From Collinsella sp. (GTDB taxonomy: Bacteria; Actinomycetota; Coriobacteriia; Coriobacteriales; Coriobacteriaceae): a stretch of 64,000 nucleotides of DNA. The position numbers and the translations under genes were made by a program. Of this stretch, positions 37,308 through 45,770 are shown in pieces; position 1 is the first letter of the stretch, and every line of letters begins with the position of its first letter. The notes under the pieces were generated by a model. The model made no database searches. It saw only the letters and a program-made list of their open reading frames with translations, and had not been told where the DNA came from. The stretch spans positions 3,267 through 67,266 of the forward strand of contig DBFWCI010000004.1 in the NCBI GenBank assembly GCA_048485235.1, read 5' to 3'.

Positions 37308-37314
37308 CGTTGAT

Positions 37315-39637
37315 ATGCCTAAAACGCTTTTAGTATTTCCCCCAGGATGGAGTCCAGTGGGGCCGTATCTTGCCTTGCCTGTTTTTGAAGTCATATCTTC
37401 AAGAGGTTGAACAATACAAAGTTGACATTGTTGACTTAAACGTGGAATTTTACGATGACCTCCTATCTTTTAGACATGTCGAAGAGTGCTGTAAAAGGTA
37501 TCGGGAATCAAAGGATTCGTTTAGTTCGAATGTTCAATTAACAATCGAGTTGATACAAAAGTCAGCACTTAATGTTGACGAAGCAAAAGATATTTTCAGA
37601 TCAAAGAGATACTTTAATCTAAAAGAAAGACAATATGCTGAAAACATTTTTAGAAATGCACTCTATATCATAAATCACGTCTCATATGGAGTTAAATACA
37701 CGTTCAACTCCATAGATCTGCCCTATGATTATTATTCGACACCAGAAATAATGAAATCGCTTGCGGATACCTTGCATAATCCGTTTATTTCCTTCTATGA
37801 AACTGCCTTTCTTAAGCGTATTCAGAGGGAAAAAATCGAGTTTATTGGGATTTCGGTGAGCGGCTGTTTCCAATTGATTTCCGCAGTTACGTTAGCGAAA
37901 CTGATTAAAGAAGAATGTCCATCTGTTAAACACGTCTCATTGGGCGGCAATTACATTACTCGTTTAGCAGATGACTGCATGAAAGAATGGCATCCCTTTT
38001 TTGAATACATTGATTCGATAATGATGTATGACGGCGAAGAGCCGCTTGCACGTCTTCTTGAGGCTCTTGACTCTGGTGATGACAATCTCGACTGTGTTCC
38101 AAACCTTTGCCATGCTAAAGGTGGAAAGATATATAAAAACCATCGGATTGAGCAAACATTTATCAACGATACAGTTCCCGATTTCGATGGCTTCGCCCTT
38201 TCTAAATACTTCATGCCTGAGTTAATATTGCCGGTTTATTCCTCTAGGCAGTGTTTTAATCATTGCGCCTTCTGCACCATTCCCGGTGCTACTGGTGGTT
38301 GTTACCGAAAGATGCCCATATCGAGAGTATTTGAAATAATGTGTCGGTTAAATGAAAAATACGGCACGAGAGTTTTCTCTTTTGTGGATGAAACATTCGA
38401 AGGCAAAAGAATGGAGCAACTCGCGGATGAAATAAACGCATCGGGAAAAACGTTTTTCTGGCATGGAGAAACGAGGTTCTCTCCAACCCTAAGTACAGAC
38501 GTTTTCAACAAGATATACCAAAGTGGATGTAGGCAGATTCAGTTTGGCCTCGAGTCATACAACCAAAGAGTTCTTGATCTAATGAAGAAGAACACGAGAG
38601 TTGATTGGATTGATCGCAATATCCATGATTGTCTCAATGCGGGTATTCCTGTTCATCTATTCTTTATGATTGGCTTTCCGACCGAAACTAAAGAAGAGGC
38701 TCTGAACACCTTAGCTTATACAGAGAATGTTTTGAATTATTCAAAACAGGTATGTGGTGTTCCATATTCCACGAGAGGATTTACGAATTTTGGTCTCGTT
38801 ATGGGGTCGGATGTTTGGAATCATCCCGATAAGTATGGTGTCTCTGTAATGCCGAAGTCCCAATATGAGGATTTGCGCCTCGAAGTGGATTATGTTTCAG
38901 GCACTGGTTTAACTTTAAATGAAGCAAAATCCTTATCTGATGAGCATCATATTGATTTTTATATGCAAGAGGTCATAAACGGTAGCGACACAATTGATTT
39001 GCCCCAGCGGCTTCATATTTCAGAGGTGACCTGGATCCTAGATTCTATTCACGCTGTCAGGTATAAGGGACATTTGACCAAAGTAAAGCGACGGCTAACT
39101 AGTCTAAATCCAGCTGATCGAATCTGGCTGGATTCCAAGACCTCTGTCGTGCTCGTTGAGCCATTTGCCTACTTCTATAATTCTGAATACCATCATGTCT
39201 ATGCTGTTTCCCAGTTGGTATACCTTAAGTTGGCCCGTTTATTGGAGGCTGATTGTAGCATTTCTCTTATCCTTGATCAGGGCGATCTCGAGCTGACAAG
39301 GGCGATAGAAGAACTGTTGCATTATGGATTGCTGAATACAAATATCGATGCCGATTATGTAATGCACGATAATGGTTTTCAATTGGTTAAAAGTTCGTTT
39401 GTGAAAGAAGTCGGACGCTCAAAAGAGGGGTTAAGAGTACTGCTGAGTTGTGCCACCCATAGAATGTGTGCGGTTAATGATTTTTCGTTCGCTTTGCTTT
39501 CGTTGTTTGAAAAGCCGATTACTAAGAACGAGGTGCGCGACATTTTGAAAAAAGAGGGACTATCGGCAAACGAGGAGCAATTAAACAAGTTGGTTGATAA
39601 TTGCATGAAAGCAGATATACTACAATTGATTAGATAG
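37315..39637 (+). CDS. Cobalamin (B12)-binding-domain radical SAM enzyme with two C-terminal PqqD/RRE-like domains; reading frame interrupted by a 1-nt shift at T5 run 37382-37386
   Basis: The ORF-track ORF 37370-39637 (TTG start) holds the CX3CX2C motif (SSRQCFNHCAFCTIP) after a Rossmann-type segment (IGISVSGCFQ..VSLGGNY). ATG 37315 in the -1 frame encodes MPKTLLVFPPGWSPVGPYLALPV, the expected first strand of the B12 domain. Removing one T joins the two frames. Confidence 0.85.
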
Positions 39638-39650
39638 AGGAGGTTTCTGC

Positions 39651-39761
39651 ATGGACGTTATTAACAAAGATCTCTTGGAGCAACTGAAAGAGTTTCAGGA
39701 AGAGGGCGTCGTGGTAGAAGTGTTCGACTTTGAGGACTACATGGATAAATTCTGCCATTAG
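39651..39761 (+). CDS. Unannotated 36-aa acidic peptide, candidate RiPP precursor
   Basis: Read manually: MDVINKDLLEQLKEFQEEGVVVEVFDFEDYMDKFCH. GAGGAGG SD 7 nt upstream, 14 nt after the rSAM stop, and a terminator follows. Confidence 0.6.
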   Translation: MDVINKDLLEQLKEFQEEGVVVEVFDFEDYMDKFCH

Positions 39762-39785
39762 TTTCGGAATTTACTCGCCTCGCTT

Positions 39786-39820
39786 AAAGGAGAAGTCGAT
39801 TATCGATTTCTCCTTTTTTA
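39786..39820 (+). terminator. Rho-independent terminator closing the island operon
   Basis: AAAGGAGAAGTCGAT-T-ATCGATTTCTCC followed by TTTTTTA. Confidence 0.8.
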
Positions 39821-39949
39821 ATTAAAGATTTTTTTGAAATACATGCTCTTAGCACAGGTTGGCCTCTCAGTAAACTGGGAGGTTGCTTTGGCTAGTTAGA
39901 GGTATGTGAACGTTCGTTAGACTGAATCTCAGGGTAGAAGGGGCCTCCA

Positions 39950-41950
39950 GTGTCCAGATCAACAAGGCAATGCTGCGTTTCGGCTAATAAGAACGATGGC
40001 TTTTTGCGTGTGGCGGCGGCGTCGCCGCAGATTCGCGTTGCCGATGTCGAGGGCAATGCCGAGGTTGCGTTGGCGGCTGTTCGCGAGGCTGCCGAGCGCG
40101 GCGTTCGTGCTCTGGTGCTGCCCGAGCTTAACTTGTGCGGCTATACCGCGGCCGATCTGTTCCATAACCGCACATTACTGCATGCCTGCGAGGCTGCTTT
40201 GGTGCATATCCTCGATGAGACTCGTGAGCTGCCGATTGTCTTTACCATCGGTCTTCCCGTTGCAGTTGCCGAGAATATCTACAACTGCGCCGCCGTGTGC
40301 TGCGCGGGTGAGCTTTTGGGCCTCACGGCCAAGAAGTATCTGCCCAACTATGGCGAGTTCTACGAGCGCCGCTGGTTTGCTCCGGCGCCCACAGATCCCG
40401 TGTGGGTTGAATTTGCCGGTCAGGGTCCGGTTCCGCTGGGTTCGGGGCTTGTCTACCGCTGCTGTGATGAGGGCGCCGAGGACCTGGTGCTGGGCGTTGA
40501 GGTCTGCGAGGACCTGTGGGTGCCGGCGCCCCCTTCGACCGAGATGGCGCTTGCCGGTGCGACGGTGATCCTCAACCCGTCGGCCTCGGACGAGATTATC
40601 GGTAAGGCAGACTATCGCCGCAGCCTCATCTCCAATCAGAGTGCGCGCCTGTACTGTGCCTATGCCTATGCGGACGCGAGCGAGGGCGAGTCCACGACCG
40701 ATATGGTCTTTGCGGGCGAGAACCTCGTCTACGAAAACGGCTCTAAGCTGGCGGCGACGAAGCTCCTTACCTGCGATATGGCGGTTGCCGATGTTGACCT
40801 CGACCGTCTGGTTGCCGAGCGCCGTCGCTCGACGACGTGGACGCGCGCGGACGATGCGCCGGAGGCCACAACCGTTGAATTTTCGTTTGAGGGCGTGCTG
40901 GCAGACGAGCCTGTCCTGCGCGATGCACTCGACATTTACCGTGTCTTCCCCCGCGCGCCCTTTGTGCCGGCTGACCATGGCGACCTGGCCGAGCGTTGCG
41001 AGACGATCCTCAATCTGCAGACTGCGGGCCTCAAGACCCGCCTTGCCCATACGGGTACCAAGGCTGCGGTCATCGGCCTTTCGGGTGGCTTGGACTCCAC
41101 GCTGGCGCTGCTTGTGACCGTGCGTGCCTTCGATGCTCTGGGGCTTCCGCGCACGGGTATCACGGCGGTCTCCATGCCCGGCTTTGGCACGACGCATCGC
41201 ACCAAGTCGAATGCCGAGTCGCTCGCTCGCGACCTTGGCGTGAGCTTCCGTGAGGTTTCGATCCACGCGGCTGTGGAACAGCACTTCAAGGACATTGAGC
41301 ACGATTCGGCCGTGCAGGACGTGACCTACGAGAACAGCCAGGCCCGCGAGCGTACGCAGATTCTGATGGACCTGGCCAACCAGGCTGGTGGTTTTGTCAT
41401 TGGCACGGGCGACCTGTCGGAGCTGGCGCTCGGCTGGGCTACCTATAACGGCGACCACATGAGTATGTATGCCGTCAATGCGAGCGTGCCCAAGACGCTT
41501 GTGCGCCATCTGGTGCGCTATGCCGCCGATGTCTTTGGCGGGCGCATTGCCGAGGTCTTGCTCGACATCCTCGATACGCCGGTGTCCCCTGAGCTTCTGC
41601 CGCCCACGGGCGACGGCGAGATTGCGCAGAAGACTGAGGATTTGGTGGGCCCGTACGAGTTGCACGACTACTTCCTCTACTACCTGCTGCGTTTTGGCTT
41701 TGAGCCGGGCAAGATCTACCGCATGGCGCTCAAGAGCTTCGAGGGCGTCTACGACGCCAAGACCGTCCACACGTGGCTACGTACGTTCTACCGTCGCTTC
41801 TTTGCCCAGCAGTTTAAGCGCAGCTGCCTGCCCGATGGCCCCAAGGTGGGCTCGGTGACGCTCAGCCCGCGCGGCGATTGGCGTATGCCGAGTGACGCTA
41901 GCTCGCGTCTGTGGCTTTCGCAGATCGACGCGCTCAATCCAGTTGACTAA
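39950..41950 (+). CDS. nadE: Glutamine-dependent NAD+ synthetase
   Basis: 666 aa. N-terminal nitrilase/CN-hydrolase domain (VLPELNLCGY), C-terminal NAD synthetase domain (VIGLSGGLDSTLAL). Confidence 0.92.
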   Translation: MSRSTRQCCVSANKNDGFLRVAAASPQIRVADVEGNAEVALAAVREAAERGVRALVLPELNLCGYTAADLFHNRTLLHACEAALVHILDETRELPIVFTIGLPVAVAENIYNCAAVCCAGELLGLTAKKYLPNYGEFYERRWFAPAPTDPVWVEFAGQGPVPLGSGLVYRCCDEGAEDLVLGVEVCEDLWVPAPPSTEMALAGATVILNPSASDEIIGKADYRRSLISNQSARLYCAYAYADASEGESTTDMVFAGENLVYENGSKLAATKLLTCDMAVADVDLDRLVAERRRSTTWTRADDAPEATTVEFSFEGVLADEPVLRDALDIYRVFPRAPFVPADHGDLAERCETILNLQTAGLKTRLAHTGTKAAVIGLSGGLDSTLALLVTVRAFDALGLPRTGITAVSMPGFGTTHRTKSNAESLARDLGVSFREVSIHAAVEQHFKDIEHDSAVQDVTYENSQARERTQILMDLANQAGGFVIGTGDLSELALGWATYNGDHMSMYAVNASVPKTLVRHLVRYAADVFGGRIAEVLLDILDTPVSPELLPPTGDGEIAQKTEDLVGPYELHDYFLYYLLRFGFEPGKIYRMALKSFEGVYDAKTVHTWLRTFYRRFFAQQFKRSCLPDGPKVGSVTLSPRGDWRMPSDASSRLWLSQIDALNPVD

Positions 41951-42016
41951 GGTTGGCTAAATTGAACCAATACGGGGGTTGCAAGCGTTACACTTTTGCA
42001 ATCTGATGGCCCGTAT

Positions 42017-42049
42017 CGCGCGGCGCTCTTGTCGGAGCGCCGCGTTTTT
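42017..42049 (+). terminator. Terminator after nadE
   Basis: CGCGCGGCGCTC-TTGTCG-GAGCGCCGCG followed by TTTTT. Confidence 0.8.
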
Positions 42050-42068
42050 CATATCGAAAGGTGGCACC

Positions 42069-43232
42069 ATGCAGGCATCGCAGCGTCTCGACCGCTTTGG
42101 CGCGGAGGTCTTCGCCTCGCTCAACAACAAGCTTCTCGCGTTGAAGGCTCAGGGCAAGACCATTTACAACATGAGCGTGGGCACGCCCGACTTTAAGCCG
42201 TACGACCACGTGGTCGAGGCGCTCACGCAGGCAGCCCAAGATCCCGAGATGTGGAAGTATGCCCTGCGCGACCTGCCCGAACTCAAGCAAGCCGTGTGCG
42301 ATTACTATGAGCGTCGCTTTGGCGTTTCGGGCATTACGCCGTCCATGGTGCAGTCGTGCAACGGCACGCAGGAGGGCGTGGGCCATTTGGGCCTGGCTCT
42401 GCTCGATCCGGGTGACACTATTTTGGTTCCCGATCCGTGCTATCCGGTCTTTGAGGCGGGCGCCAAGATCGCTAATGCCAAGCTCGAGTACTATCCGCTG
42501 GTTGCCGAGCACAATTACCTGCCCTATGTGGCGGGCATCGATCCCGAGGTGGCCGACCGTGCCAAGTACATGATCGTGTCGCTGCCCGCCAACCCGGTGG
42601 GCTCGGTGGGCACGCCCGAGATCTACGAGGAGATCATCGCTTTTGCCCGCGAGCACGACCTGCTGATCGTTCACGACAACGCATACTCCGACATTGTGTT
42701 CGACGGCGAGCCGGGCGGCAGCTTCTTGCAGTATCCCGGCGCGCTCGAGGTGGGCGTCGAGTTTTTCTCGCTCTCCAAGTCGTTTAACGTCACCGGTGCC
42801 CGCATCGGCTTTTTGGTCGGCCGAGAGGACGTGGTCTCTGCCTTTGCCAAGCTGCGCAGCCAGATTGACTTTGGTATGTTCTTCCCGATCCAGAAGGCCG
42901 CCATCGCGTGCCTTAATGGCCCGCGCGATGAGGTCGAGGCGCAGCGTCTGAAGTACCAGGAGCGCCGCGATGCCCTGTGCGACGGTCTTGAGGGTCTGGG
43001 CTGGGAGCGTCCCAACGCGCATGGCTCTATGTTTGTGTGGGCCAAGCTTCCCGGTGGTCGCACCGATTCCATGGCGTTTTGCGAGGAGCTCATGGAGAAG
43101 GCCGGCGTTGTGGTGACGCCGGGCGCGAGCTTTGGTCCTTCGGGCGAGGGGCACGTGCGCATGGCGCTGGTCTTGCCGCCCGACCAGATCGCTTTGGCTG
43201 TCGAGGCCATTCGCGAGGCGGGCCTGTATTAG
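42069..43232 (+). CDS. Class I/II PLP-dependent aminotransferase
   Basis: Start at ATG 42069, downstream of the terminator. SLSKSFNVTGARIGF carries the PLP lysine. 387 aa. Substrate not assignable; it could be the N-acetyl-DAP aminotransferase of the acetylase lysine pathway. Confidence 0.88.
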   Translation: MQASQRLDRFGAEVFASLNNKLLALKAQGKTIYNMSVGTPDFKPYDHVVEALTQAAQDPEMWKYALRDLPELKQAVCDYYERRFGVSGITPSMVQSCNGTQEGVGHLGLALLDPGDTILVPDPCYPVFEAGAKIANAKLEYYPLVAEHNYLPYVAGIDPEVADRAKYMIVSLPANPVGSVGTPEIYEEIIAFAREHDLLIVHDNAYSDIVFDGEPGGSFLQYPGALEVGVEFFSLSKSFNVTGARIGFLVGREDVVSAFAKLRSQIDFGMFFPIQKAAIACLNGPRDEVEAQRLKYQERRDALCDGLEGLGWERPNAHGSMFVWAKLPGGRTDSMAFCEELMEKAGVVVTPGASFGPSGEGHVRMALVLPPDQIALAVEAIREAGLY

Positions 43233-43433
43233 AAAGCCATTTCGCCTCGTCAATATATCGAAACCGATTTCGTGCAGTTATTTTACGAATCCTGCAAACA
43301 ATTTCGGTAAACGGTCGATTTTTGGCTGCGAATAGGAGCATAATCAAAGTCCCGATTGGATGTATTGGGATTACGACAAGCCGCTCGGGTCGTTCCCAGG
43401 CGGCTTGTTTGTGGAGTGAGATGGGAGTTTCTA

Positions 43434-44384
43434 ATGGTTAACGAGAAGAAGGTCGCTATTGTCGGCTGCGGTTTCGTCGGTTCGTCTTCGGCGTTCGCGC
43501 TGATGCAGAGCGGTCTGTTCTCCGAGATGGTCCTCATCGACGTGGACAAGAACCGCGCCGAGGGTGAGGCCCTGGATATCGCGCACGGCATGACGTTTGC
43601 CGAGCCGATGAAGATCTACGCCGGCGATTATTCCGATGTCGCCGACGCCGCCATGATCGTCGTCACCGCCGGCGCTGCCCAGAAGCCCGGTGAGACCCGC
43701 CTGGACCTGGTCAACAAGAACGTCAGCATCTTTAAGTCCATTATCCCCGAGATTAAGAAGTCCGGCTTCGACGGCATTCTGCTCATCGTCTCCAACCCGG
43801 TCGATGTTCTGACCTACGCCGCCATCAGGATGTCCGGCCTGCCCGAGGGCCACGTCATCGGTTCCGGCACTGTGCTCGACACCGGCCGCCTGCAGCAGAT
43901 GCTTGGTGCCCACGTCGAGGTTGACCCGCGCGATGTCCAGGCCTATGTCATGGGCGAGCACGGCGACTCCGAGTTTGTCGCTTGGTCCAGCGCTCAGGTT
44001 GCCGGCGTTCCGCTGAACACCTTCTGTGAGCTTCACGGCCACCTGGAGCATGAGGCTGCCGAGAAGCGCATTGCCGAGGACGTCAAGAACTCCGCCTACA
44101 CCATCATCGAGAAAAAGCACGCCACCTACTATGGCGTCGCCATGGCCGTCAAGCGCATCTGCACCGCCGTCATGCGCGATGAGCAGACCGTTCTGCCTGT
44201 CTCCTCGCTCATGGTGGGCGAGTATGGCCTGTCCGATCTTGCCATCTCCATGCCGACCGTCGTTGGCCGCGACGGCGTTGTCTGCCGCGTCCCCGTGCCG
44301 CTGAACGATGACGAGCAGCATGAGCTCACCGTCTCCGCCAAGGCCCTCAAGGACATCATCGACAGCGTTGATTTCTCCTGCTAA
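43434..44384 (+). CDS. ldh: L-lactate dehydrogenase
   Basis: KVAIVGCGFVGSSSAFAL, ITAGAAQKPGETRLDL and catalytic GEHGDSE motifs. 316 aa from ATG 43434. Confidence 0.93.
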   Translation: MVNEKKVAIVGCGFVGSSSAFALMQSGLFSEMVLIDVDKNRAEGEALDIAHGMTFAEPMKIYAGDYSDVADAAMIVVTAGAAQKPGETRLDLVNKNVSIFKSIIPEIKKSGFDGILLIVSNPVDVLTYAAIRMSGLPEGHVIGSGTVLDTGRLQQMLGAHVEVDPRDVQAYVMGEHGDSEFVAWSSAQVAGVPLNTFCELHGHLEHEAAEKRIAEDVKNSAYTIIEKKHATYYGVAMAVKRICTAVMRDEQTVLPVSSLMVGEYGLSDLAISMPTVVGRDGVVCRVPVPLNDDEQHELTVSAKALKDIIDSVDFSC

Positions 44385-44418
44385 ATCAAGCTCGCTAGAG
44401 CGAAAAGCTACAATGAAG

Positions 44419-44451
44419 GCGTCCGGGTCCACACGGCCCGGGCGCCTTTTT
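44419..44451 (+). terminator. Terminator after ldh
   Basis: GCGTCCGGG-loop-CCCGGGCGC followed by CTTTTT. Confidence 0.7.
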
Positions 44452-44482
44452 GGTGCAAAGTAACCTGACCCCAATGCACCAT
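44450..44482 (+). repeat. Short hairpin repeat, AACCTGTCCC-core family (beta type), copy 1
   Basis: TTGGTGCAAAGTAACCTGACCCCAATGCACCAT. Partner copy at 45664-45696. Confidence 0.5.
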
Positions 44483-44498
44483 AGTTGATGGGAGGGCC

Positions 44499-45659
44499 AT
44501 GTCGGATTCGCCTATTTTTTTGACCTATGCCCAGACAGCGTTTGATCCGTTTGAGGAGCGGCCGTTCTGCGCGGTGGATAGCCTGGTCTTTGCGTGGTTG
44601 TCCTATTTGCGTTTGCCGGGTGATATGGCGGAACTGACGAACTGGCAGGGCCTAGACGTACGCGAGCTGCTGCGTGCCGAGTGCTACCGGGACATGATTG
44701 ACGACTTGTGGGATCCGGAGGGGAGCAGGGCCTTGTTGGAGGCCGTGGCAGCAAGCCCTCGCTACCGTGGCGTGCACGTTTGCGGCTATCGTGCCGTGAG
44801 CGATGTGGTGGCGACAGAGCAGTTTGCAGCCATGGCGTTCCGGTTTCCTGCGGGGTTTAGTTATCTTTCCTTCCGGGGGACCGACAGCACGATTGTGGGC
44901 TGGAAAGAGGACTTTAACATGGCGTTCCGGTGTCCTGTGCCGGCCCAGGAATCCGCGGCGCGTTATGTGGACGAGGCGGCGGTTGCGATTGACGGGCCGC
45001 TTTTGTGCGGGGGTCATTCCAAGGGTGGAAACCTTGCGGTGTACGGTGCGGCGATGTGCTCCGATGTCGCCCGTGAGCGAATCGAACGGGCGTATTCCCA
45101 TGATGGTCCGGGCTTCGTCGAGGAGTTTCTGAACGGCAACGCCTTTGCCGATCTTTCCGGTCGAATCGACAAGACGCTACCTCGGTCGTCGATCTTTGGC
45201 ATGATGTTCGAGACACAGGAGGACTATGCCATCGTTGAGAGCACCGAGTTCAGCCTGCTGCAGCACAATCCCTTTAGCTGGGTGGTTGATGGTCGCGACT
45301 TCGTGTACTGTGAGCGCCTGTCTGCCGGTGCTCGATACGTTGATGGCTCCATTCGCGAGATGCTGCTTGCAGTGTCGCCTAGCGAGCGCGAGCGTTTTAT
45401 AGATGCGTTGTTCTCCGTGTTTGAGGCTACGGGTGCTGAGCGGTTTGCGGATATCGCTGGGAATCTGCGCGAGAGCCTGCCCGTGATGCTCCAGGCTGCG
45501 CAAGGCTTTGACAAGGATACGCGTCGTTTTGTCTCGCAGACCATTGCGGCAATCCTTAAATGTGCGCTGCTGCCCAAACGCCCTCAGATCGACATGCCCG
45601 CTGCCGGCAAGAGTTTGGCAGAACAGCTCGAGGCTTGGCAGTCCGAGCTCCTGCGCTAG
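44499..45659 (+). CDS. DUF2974 (Mbeg1-like) alpha/beta-hydrolase family protein
   Basis: LCGGHSKGGNLAVYGA is the nucleophile elbow (GHSxG). Size and layout are as in Mbeg1-like proteins. Confidence 0.75.
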   Translation: MSDSPIFLTYAQTAFDPFEERPFCAVDSLVFAWLSYLRLPGDMAELTNWQGLDVRELLRAECYRDMIDDLWDPEGSRALLEAVAASPRYRGVHVCGYRAVSDVVATEQFAAMAFRFPAGFSYLSFRGTDSTIVGWKEDFNMAFRCPVPAQESAARYVDEAAVAIDGPLLCGGHSKGGNLAVYGAAMCSDVARERIERAYSHDGPGFVEEFLNGNAFADLSGRIDKTLPRSSIFGMMFETQEDYAIVESTEFSLLQHNPFSWVVDGRDFVYCERLSAGARYVDGSIREMLLAVSPSERERFIDALFSVFEATGAERFADIAGNLRESLPVMLQAAQGFDKDTRRFVSQTIAAILKCALLPKRPQIDMPAAGKSLAEQLEAWQSELLR

Positions 45660-45663
45660 CCAT

Positions 45664-45696
45664 TGGTGCAAAGCAACCTGTCCCCGATGCGCCAAC
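45664..45696 (+). repeat. Short hairpin repeat, AACCTGTCCC-core family (beta type), copy 2
   Basis: TTGGTGCAAAGCAACCTGTCCCCGATGCGCCAA, in the same orientation as 44450-44482. Confidence 0.5.
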
Positions 45697-45770
45697 CTTT
45701 GATGCACGTGGGGTGAGCTCGACCGCTATACTGGTTCGTGCCGAAATCGATCTAGAACGGAATGCCGTAT

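Noticed and set aside
35470-39900. Integrase, transposase or flanking direct repeats defining the AT-rich island as a classical genomic island
   Set aside because: No recombinase-like ORF is present in any frame, and I could not find direct repeats at the two borders. The mobility mechanism therefore remains unknown, and I do not call the island a mobile element.
39821-39949. Possible NAD-related riboswitch upstream of nadE
   Set aside because: Only a small 9-bp hairpin is present (CCTCTCAGT-AAA-ACTGGGAGG). I could see no resemblance to the nadA or pnuC NAD+ riboswitch cores.
40175-41770. 531-aa ORF on the minus strand
   Set aside because: It is antisense to nadE. It is a shadow ORF.
41988-43253. 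421-aa ORF on the minus strand
   Set aside because: It is antisense to the aminotransferase gene. It is a shadow ORF.
43431-44474. 347-aa ORF on the minus strand
   Set aside because: It is antisense to ldh. It is a shadow ORF.
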